Part shown: one piece after another, positions 58,748 to 64,000 of the stretch
Position numbering within the stretch: position 1 is the first letter of the stretch
How the letters are laid out: every line of letters starts with the position of its first letter
Virus record (IMG/VR): IMGVR_UViG_3300050138_000176
Coordinates: 22,505-86,504 of that record
Source of the DNA: a virus
Direction: 5' to 3' (one strand)
Length of the DNA stretch: 64,000 nucleotides
The notes under the pieces: model-generated
What the model was told of the DNA's origin: nothing
Seen by the model: only the letters and a program-made list of their open reading frames with translations
Databases searched by the model: none
Translations under genes and position numbers: made by a program

Positions 58748-61066
58748 ATGGTGACAGCAACAGCGCCGACACGCACGACCCGCTGGGGAATCCAGCAGGC
58801 CGTCGCCGCCGCGTTCCAGCGCCCGCACTTCGGCGCCCGTGAGATAATTAAAACCACACCTTCCCGGACACTGGCGGCCGCCAAGTCCAGCAAGAACCTC
58901 ACCCAGCCCGCGCCGGACCTGCTGCCGTCGCTGGCCGGAGTTCTCCGCAAGGAAACCATCGGCAACTGGCTGATGCCGTACATGTCCTACATGACGCCGC
59001 AGTTCATCGAGACCACGATCCGCGGCGGCGTGGCCGGGAACCTGAACGCGATGTGGCAGTTGTTCGACCTGATGATTGACACGGACAGCGAGATCCAGTC
59101 CTGCATCAATGAACTGGTCGAGGGCGTGATGTGTAAGACCATGCTGGTCGAAGCGTGGCACGAGGAGGACGAGGAGGAGACGCCGAAAGCCGCCGAGAAA
59201 CGTGCGCTGGTGGTCGCCGCGATGGCCGGCATGAGGCCGGATCCGTTCAGCAACGAGAACGACTTCGCCGGCACGGTCAAGGATTTGCTGTTCGCCCGTT
59301 ACCACGGCCAGGTTGTGCTGGAAATGGACTGGTACGACACGTACGGCAGCGGCAAGCTGTGGCAGCGCGACGTGCCCGGTGTCGGCACCGCGACCCTTCC
59401 TCGCTCAACCTACTGGGTTCACCCGAACTGCTACGGCTGGACGCCAAGCGGCCGTCTCGCGCTCTACACGCCGAAAGGCGGCATGACGGCGAAGGACTTG
59501 ACCAACCTGGCGCGTAAGATGAAGGAGACCGGCCTGGGCTACGGCGCGGTCGCCACGGTGCCGGACTATACGAACCCGCCGAACGCCTTCACCGAATTTC
59601 CGCCGGACAAGTTCATCGTCGGGATTGACAAGGCCAAGACCGGGTCCGCGCTGGCCGCATCCTCGCTCCGGTGCCTGGCCTGGTGGTGGCTGGCGAAGAA
59701 CTTCTGCGGCGATTACCTGCTCAAGAACGCGGAAATGTTCGGGGTGCCGTTCCGCAAGGCGTCGTACGCGCCCGGTGTCAGCGACGCACAGAAGCGGGAG
59801 GTGGCGCAGATGCTCCAGTCGGTTGGCAGCCAGGGCTGGGCCTTGGTTCCAGAAGGCGTCCTGATGGAATTTGAGCGTGCGATGGCAACCGGCGCGCAGT
59901 CGCCGCACGCGTTCCTCTACAACCTGGCGAACTCCAACATCCGCAAGGTGATACTGGGCCAGACCATGACCGGCGGCGCGAACGATTCCATGGGCAAAGG
60001 CGGCGGCAAGGCGTTCGGCGACGTGGAACTGGAGAAGACCACGGACCGGATCACTGCTGCCACTCATTACATTGAGGCCGTGTTTAACAGCCAGGTGATA
60101 CCGGCGATCCTGCGGCAGAATTACAATGAGGATTCCGAATGTCCCAAGTTGCATCTGGTGGACGACGAGGACGCCGGGCTGCCGGCCGCGCAGACCCTGC
60201 AAGTGCTTTCGACTTTGATGGATGTGCCGGACTCGTTCCTGCATCGCAAGTTCAAGATACCGAAAGTGCGTACCGGAGAAGGTGTTGCCGGTGTGGATTC
60301 TGGAACCCTTGGTGCTCAAGCCAAAGCGGAGCAGGCCCAACAACAGCAGGAAATGGACGCGCAACAGGAACAGGCGCAGATGATGGCCGACGCGCAGGCC
60401 CAGCAGGCACAGGACCCGCAGCAGGCACAGGCGGCGCGGAGCCGGGTGCAGGCTGAGTTCCGGGAGATCAGCGCGATCCGCGACCTGAACGAACGCGGTG
60501 TCAGGTTGAAGGCGTGGTTGCATAAAAACTCGCCACGGACACCGTTGCAGGCGGCTGGTTCCTCTGCATCCAAGTTCGGCTGCTTGATGGCGATGGTGCC
60601 AGCGGCGGACGCCGAACAGTTCGCGTCTATTGAGGCAAAGATAGAACCCGGCACACTGGCTGATGAAGGCGTAGAGGATGAAAAACACGTCACGATTTTT
60701 TACGGATTCAACCAAGACTTCGACCCGGCGCGCATGGCACCGCTGCTGTCGATGCTGGGGCCGATCAAGTTCACGCTCGGCAAGCTGACCCGGTTCGAGT
60801 GCCAGGACTACGACGTGCTGAAGTTCGATGTGGAGTCGCCGCAACTGGAAAAGCTGAATGCCGCGCTCGGAGCAGCCTTCGCGCCAGACGTGACGCCGAG
60901 TGAGCATGACTACCACCCGCATCTCACAATTTGTTATTGTAAGAAAGGCAGCAACGTCGCTGCTGACGGCTCGTCGCTGGCCGGGAAATCTTTCACCGTC
61001 AAGAGCCTGCTCTATTCGCTGCCGCAGAAGCAGGGCCGCGTAACCCTCAACCTCGTCAAGAAATGA
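58748..61066 (+). CDS. Mu gp29-like (DUF935) portal fused to a C-terminal 2H phosphoesterase (Acb1-like)
   Basis: G..VLEMDW, AEMFGVP.R, IRKVILGQT.T portal motifs; HVT (60686) and HLT (60920) 2H motifs. Confidence 0.85.
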   Translation: MVTATAPTRTTRWGIQQAVAAAFQRPHFGAREIIKTTPSRTLAAAKSSKNLTQPAPDLLPSLAGVLRKETIGNWLMPYMSYMTPQFIETTIRGGVAGNLNAMWQLFDLMIDTDSEIQSCINELVEGVMCKTMLVEAWHEEDEEETPKAAEKRALVVAAMAGMRPDPFSNENDFAGTVKDLLFARYHGQVVLEMDWYDTYGSGKLWQRDVPGVGTATLPRSTYWVHPNCYGWTPSGRLALYTPKGGMTAKDLTNLARKMKETGLGYGAVATVPDYTNPPNAFTEFPPDKFIVGIDKAKTGSALAASSLRCLAWWWLAKNFCGDYLLKNAEMFGVPFRKASYAPGVSDAQKREVAQMLQSVGSQGWALVPEGVLMEFERAMATGAQSPHAFLYNLANSNIRKVILGQTMTGGANDSMGKGGGKAFGDVELEKTTDRITAATHYIEAVFNSQVIPAILRQNYNEDSECPKLHLVDDEDAGLPAAQTLQVLSTLMDVPDSFLHRKFKIPKVRTGEGVAGVDSGTLGAQAKAEQAQQQQEMDAQQEQAQMMADAQAQQAQDPQQAQAARSRVQAEFREISAIRDLNERGVRLKAWLHKNSPRTPLQAAGSSASKFGCLMAMVPAADAEQFASIEAKIEPGTLADEGVEDEKHVTIFYGFNQDFDPARMAPLLSMLGPIKFTLGKLTRFECQDYDVLKFDVESPQLEKLNAALGAAFAPDVTPSEHDYHPHLTICYCKKGSNVAADGSSLAGKSFTVKSLLYSLPQKQGRVTLNLVKK

Positions 61067-63294
61067 AAATGATATCACCCTACGAACTGTCCGCCACGGA
61101 AGCCGGTCACGCCACAGCCACGGCCAACGAGCATAAGACATCAATTCTCCATTCAAAGGCCGCCGCCGCGCACCGGGCCGCCGAGGTCCAGGCGTACGCG
61201 ATGGGCATGAGGGACGAGCTGGCCGCGCACCGGGTAGCGGTCACAGGGCACCTGGAGGCAGCGCGGCAGTGCGATGCCGGGACTCCGGTAGCGGTCGCCG
61301 GAACGGAAGCGGCGGCAGGCGCGATTGAGGCGGGCACGAGCGAGGGGGTGACGAAGGCGTGGATTGCCAGGCATGGTGCAAAGTCATGGAACGCAAAGGC
61401 AGCCACAACGGCAGCCGGTCACGCTGACGATAAGGCGTTCGGCAGCGGCACGCCGGAAGACCACACGGCAGCCTACAAGGCCCATGATTCGGCTGCCGAG
61501 GCGCACGGCATGGCGGCTAAAGACCGCCGCGAGGCTGGGGCGAATCATATCGCAGACTGGCACTCCAAGATGGAGGATGAGCACGCCGGACTTTCAAAGT
61601 CTCACGCCAACATGGCCGAAGCTGCCGGTAACAGCGGCAGGCCGTCCACCTACCACAAAGGCAATAGTGACCGCCGCGAGATGGTCCACGACGCGCACGC
61701 CGACCTGGTCTCCAAAGGCATGACGCCGACGCACAAGGAAGTCGCGCAGCACATCCACGACAATCATGGCGTCAAGATGGGAGAGGATGAAGTGGCGCAC
61801 CATCTCAAGTCGCACCTGCACGCCGCCGCCGCGACCCGCGTATCCTCCGCGCTGGAAGCCGCCGCCAGTTCCGGCGGCTGGTCGCTGAACGATATCAACT
61901 CAAGAATCAACGAGGCGATGCGGGGTGTCGCGTCACTGTGCCAGGTGCCGGAAGCCGGGGCCGCACCCTGCAATGTTCCATGTGGAACAAGTCCCTGGGT
62001 CTGTGACGTGAAGTGCCCGGCGCACGAGGCCGGTGAAACGTGGAACGCCATTGTGCAAGGCTGTGATGGATTACTTTACGAAGTCGGCTTCACGCTGGGC
62101 GCGGACGGCAGCGTCGCGGTGGCCGGCGAACCGAAGCGGGTCGAGCGCACCACCGACTACGATTATGTCTTCAATGAGCCAGTGGAGGTGGGGGCGGCAG
62201 AGGCGGCGCGGGCACCGGCTGCCGGCCTGGAGGCGGCGGGAACCAGCGAAGGAGTGCAAAAGGCTTGGCTGTCTCGCAAGGCCAACGCCACCGTAAAAAC
62301 AGGACTGGCTTCGGACGCAAGCAGAACCGCCAGAATAACACCTTCAGCTGACAACCATCGTGCCGCAGGGGATGCGCATATCGCAGCCGCATTCGCGCAC
62401 AAAGACCTGGCTCACTTTGCCAGTTCAAACGGTGATGCTGCAACGGGTGACTTCCACGAAGCGCAGGCCAAAGTTCACAAACAAAAGGCAATAGCCCACT
62501 TCGATAAAGCGTTCGACATGGGCGTGTCCGCCTCACGAGCCGATTCCACCGGCCTGGAGGCGGCGGGCACGAGCGAGGGGGCAGCCAAAGCCTGGGAAAC
62601 AAGGCACGGCCATTCCATACCAGACATCACAAGTGACACCTACACGAAGGCTGAGAAGGTGCCGAAATGGAACGTGCCAGTCAGCCCATTACGTGACCGC
62701 GATGTCGGCGGCAAGCAACTCAAGCAACGGCTGCCGCATTACAGCAAGGCAGACCACGAGGACGCGGCCCGCGCACACATGAAAGCGGCGCATGATTCTG
62801 GTGAGGAGTGGGGCAAGACACAGGAGGCCGCGCATCAAAAGACTTTCGGAAAGAAGCCGGAGTTCGGCGATTACAAGGTGTCAGGTGTCGGACGCGAGGA
62901 ATACAGCGCGGAGCACAAGGATAAACTTCAATCGCTCGCCCGCGCTCAAGGCCAGCACACATCCGCCGCACACGCGCACTGGAAATCCGCAGGACACCAC
63001 GGAGTCACCACCGAGGAGTTGAAAGAAAAACTATCCGCCTCACGCGCCACAGAAACAGACCATCTTGAAGCAGGCCGCAGCGAGGACGCGGCCCGCAACG
63101 CCTACCAGTCCGCCGCCGCTGAAGCCGAGCAGGCGACCGGCGCGGTGGCCGCAGCGCACCGCAAGGCGCATCACAAACATTCGATAGCGAGAGAACACGC
63201 CAATTCAATAGGCGACACGGCGGCCGCGATGGCGCACAACGAAAAGGCCAAGCGCCACCTTGAGAAATTGGATCTCTTCAACCAGACCACGTAA
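61063..63294 (+). CDS. His/Ala-rich repeat protein (putative head-associated polyprotein)
   Basis: Three (L/I)EA(A)GTSEGxxKAW repeats; many HxxAAxAH helices. Confidence 0.7.
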   Translation: MKMISPYELSATEAGHATATANEHKTSILHSKAAAAHRAAEVQAYAMGMRDELAAHRVAVTGHLEAARQCDAGTPVAVAGTEAAAGAIEAGTSEGVTKAWIARHGAKSWNAKAATTAAGHADDKAFGSGTPEDHTAAYKAHDSAAEAHGMAAKDRREAGANHIADWHSKMEDEHAGLSKSHANMAEAAGNSGRPSTYHKGNSDRREMVHDAHADLVSKGMTPTHKEVAQHIHDNHGVKMGEDEVAHHLKSHLHAAAATRVSSALEAAASSGGWSLNDINSRINEAMRGVASLCQVPEAGAAPCNVPCGTSPWVCDVKCPAHEAGETWNAIVQGCDGLLYEVGFTLGADGSVAVAGEPKRVERTTDYDYVFNEPVEVGAAEAARAPAAGLEAAGTSEGVQKAWLSRKANATVKTGLASDASRTARITPSADNHRAAGDAHIAAAFAHKDLAHFASSNGDAATGDFHEAQAKVHKQKAIAHFDKAFDMGVSASRADSTGLEAAGTSEGAAKAWETRHGHSIPDITSDTYTKAEKVPKWNVPVSPLRDRDVGGKQLKQRLPHYSKADHEDAARAHMKAAHDSGEEWGKTQEAAHQKTFGKKPEFGDYKVSGVGREEYSAEHKDKLQSLARAQGQHTSAAHAHWKSAGHHGVTTEELKEKLSASRATETDHLEAGRSEDAARNAYQSAAAEAEQATGAVAAAHRKAHHKHSIAREHANSIGDTAAAMAHNEKAKRHLEKLDLFNQTT

Positions 63295-63306
63295 CCGAAT
63301 CAAGAT

Positions 63307-63714
63307 ATGAACATAACCTTCAATCAAACCGTCACGTCGCCCGTTGGCACCGTGGCGATACCGACGGTGTCCGCAGCCGGTGACGAAATCTACGAGGCCG
63401 TGCTGGCAATCGCACCCGCCGCCAGCAACGCGCAGAAGAACATCTCCATTGTGCAGGCCACGATGCAGTTCCTGTTGCTGCTGTTCACGGCGAACGTGGC
63501 GCCGGGAGCCACGAAGCAGATGACGCTCAAGACCAATTCCAGCGGCAGCCCGCAGGAGACGATCACGCTCACCGACGGCATCCCGGTCGTCTATTACGCG
63601 GGCGGTCCGTACGCGAACCCGTTCGCCGGCAACGTGACCACGGTGTTCGCGACCGACACGACGACCAATGCGGTCGGCGGCACGCTGACCGTGAAGGCGT
63701 TGAACAACCAATAA
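63307..63714 (+). CDS. Small beta-rich virion-like protein
   Basis: Thr/Val-rich 135 aa ORF in the head module. Confidence 0.55.
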   Translation: MNITFNQTVTSPVGTVAIPTVSAAGDEIYEAVLAIAPAASNAQKNISIVQATMQFLLLLFTANVAPGATKQMTLKTNSSGSPQETITLTDGIPVVYYAGGPYANPFAGNVTTVFATDTTTNAVGGTLTVKALNNQ

Positions 63715-63718
63715 TGAT

Positions 63719-64000
63719 ATGCCAAAACCAATCCAGTTAGATTGCCGTGCCAGTGGCCGCGAGGCGCAGGGCCGCAGCCCGATCCTGGCGCTGGAGGAAG
63801 GCGTGCTGATGGTCATGCCGGGCGGCATCCATACGATCACGCCGTCACAAGGCGGCAGGCCGGTCACGGTCACGGTCGCCGTGGACGCGAACTCCGCAAC
63901 TCAGCTTGAGAAGCAGCGCAAGGTTCTCACGGCGAAGGGTGCCAAGCCTTTCTTCTCAGTCATGCACCGGACCGAGGTGGCCGCGTTCTGGCCGAGCCGT
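63719..64000 (+). CDS. Mu-like prohead protease (3' end outside window; absent from ORF track)
   Basis: MPKPIQLDCRAS...LMVMPGG...PFFSVMH....AAFWP resembles the Mu gpI protease N-terminus; position after portal. Confidence 0.65.
   Translation, partial: MPKPIQLDCRASGREAQGRSPILALEEGVLMVMPGGIHTITPSQGGRPVTVTVAVDANSATQLEKQRKVLTAKGAKPFFSVMHRTEVAAFWPSR

Noticed and set aside
60320-60440. CAG/GCG-rich low-complexity tract
   Set aside because: Period 3; encodes the Gln/Ala linker of the portal fusion, not a DNA repeat element.
59405-61156. Long antisense ORFs (59405-61156, 48951-50477, 20463-21395, 42612-43490)
   Set aside because: Shadows of GC-rich + strand genes with no recognisable motifs.
1-64000. 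Integrase, att sites, tRNA/rRNA, reverse transcriptase/DGR, major capsid protein, endolysin
   Set aside because: None recognised by eye; the capsid gene probably lies beyond the right edge. Lifestyle cannot be established from this window.
1-64000. Alternative genetic code
   Set aside because: Conserved genes translate full-length in the standard bacterial code.

Overview
This window is most of a tailed dsDNA phage or prophage genome. It is GC-rich and coded almost entirely on the + strand. Two sequence clues suggest a Verrucomicrobiota host, but that is inference. Layout: 1-11.7 kb holds a truncated response regulator, membrane genes, tail-like genes and envelope lipoproteins. 11.7-40 kb is an early recombination/replication block (SbcC/Rad50-like ATPase, DnaJ, UvrD, SF2 helicase, PD-(D/E)XK nuclease, O-type initiator with iterons, DnaC-like loader, DnaB, SSB, methyltransferases). 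40-50 kb is a second early block (solo TnpB, methyltransferases, sigma70 factor). 50.9-64 kb covers packaging and head genes (terS, terL, Mu-type portal, prohead protease). The standout is a stand-alone Cas7/RAMP-like gene (18796-19377) followed immediately by a ~290 bp non-coding array of 5-nt NGY+NN units, divided into eight 5n+1 nt modules by an AGCAAAGGC-like boundary. This is a candidate non-CRISPR RNA-guided system with a non-contiguous guide code. Other notable items: a portal fused to an Acb1-like 2H phosphoesterase, a His/Ala-rich repeat protein with putative protease sites, a recurring GAC(A/T)ACGACTA leader motif, a poly-C frameshifted methyltransferase, and a TnpB insertion whose removal restores an ORF. 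All family calls come from reading motifs by eye; no database search was run.
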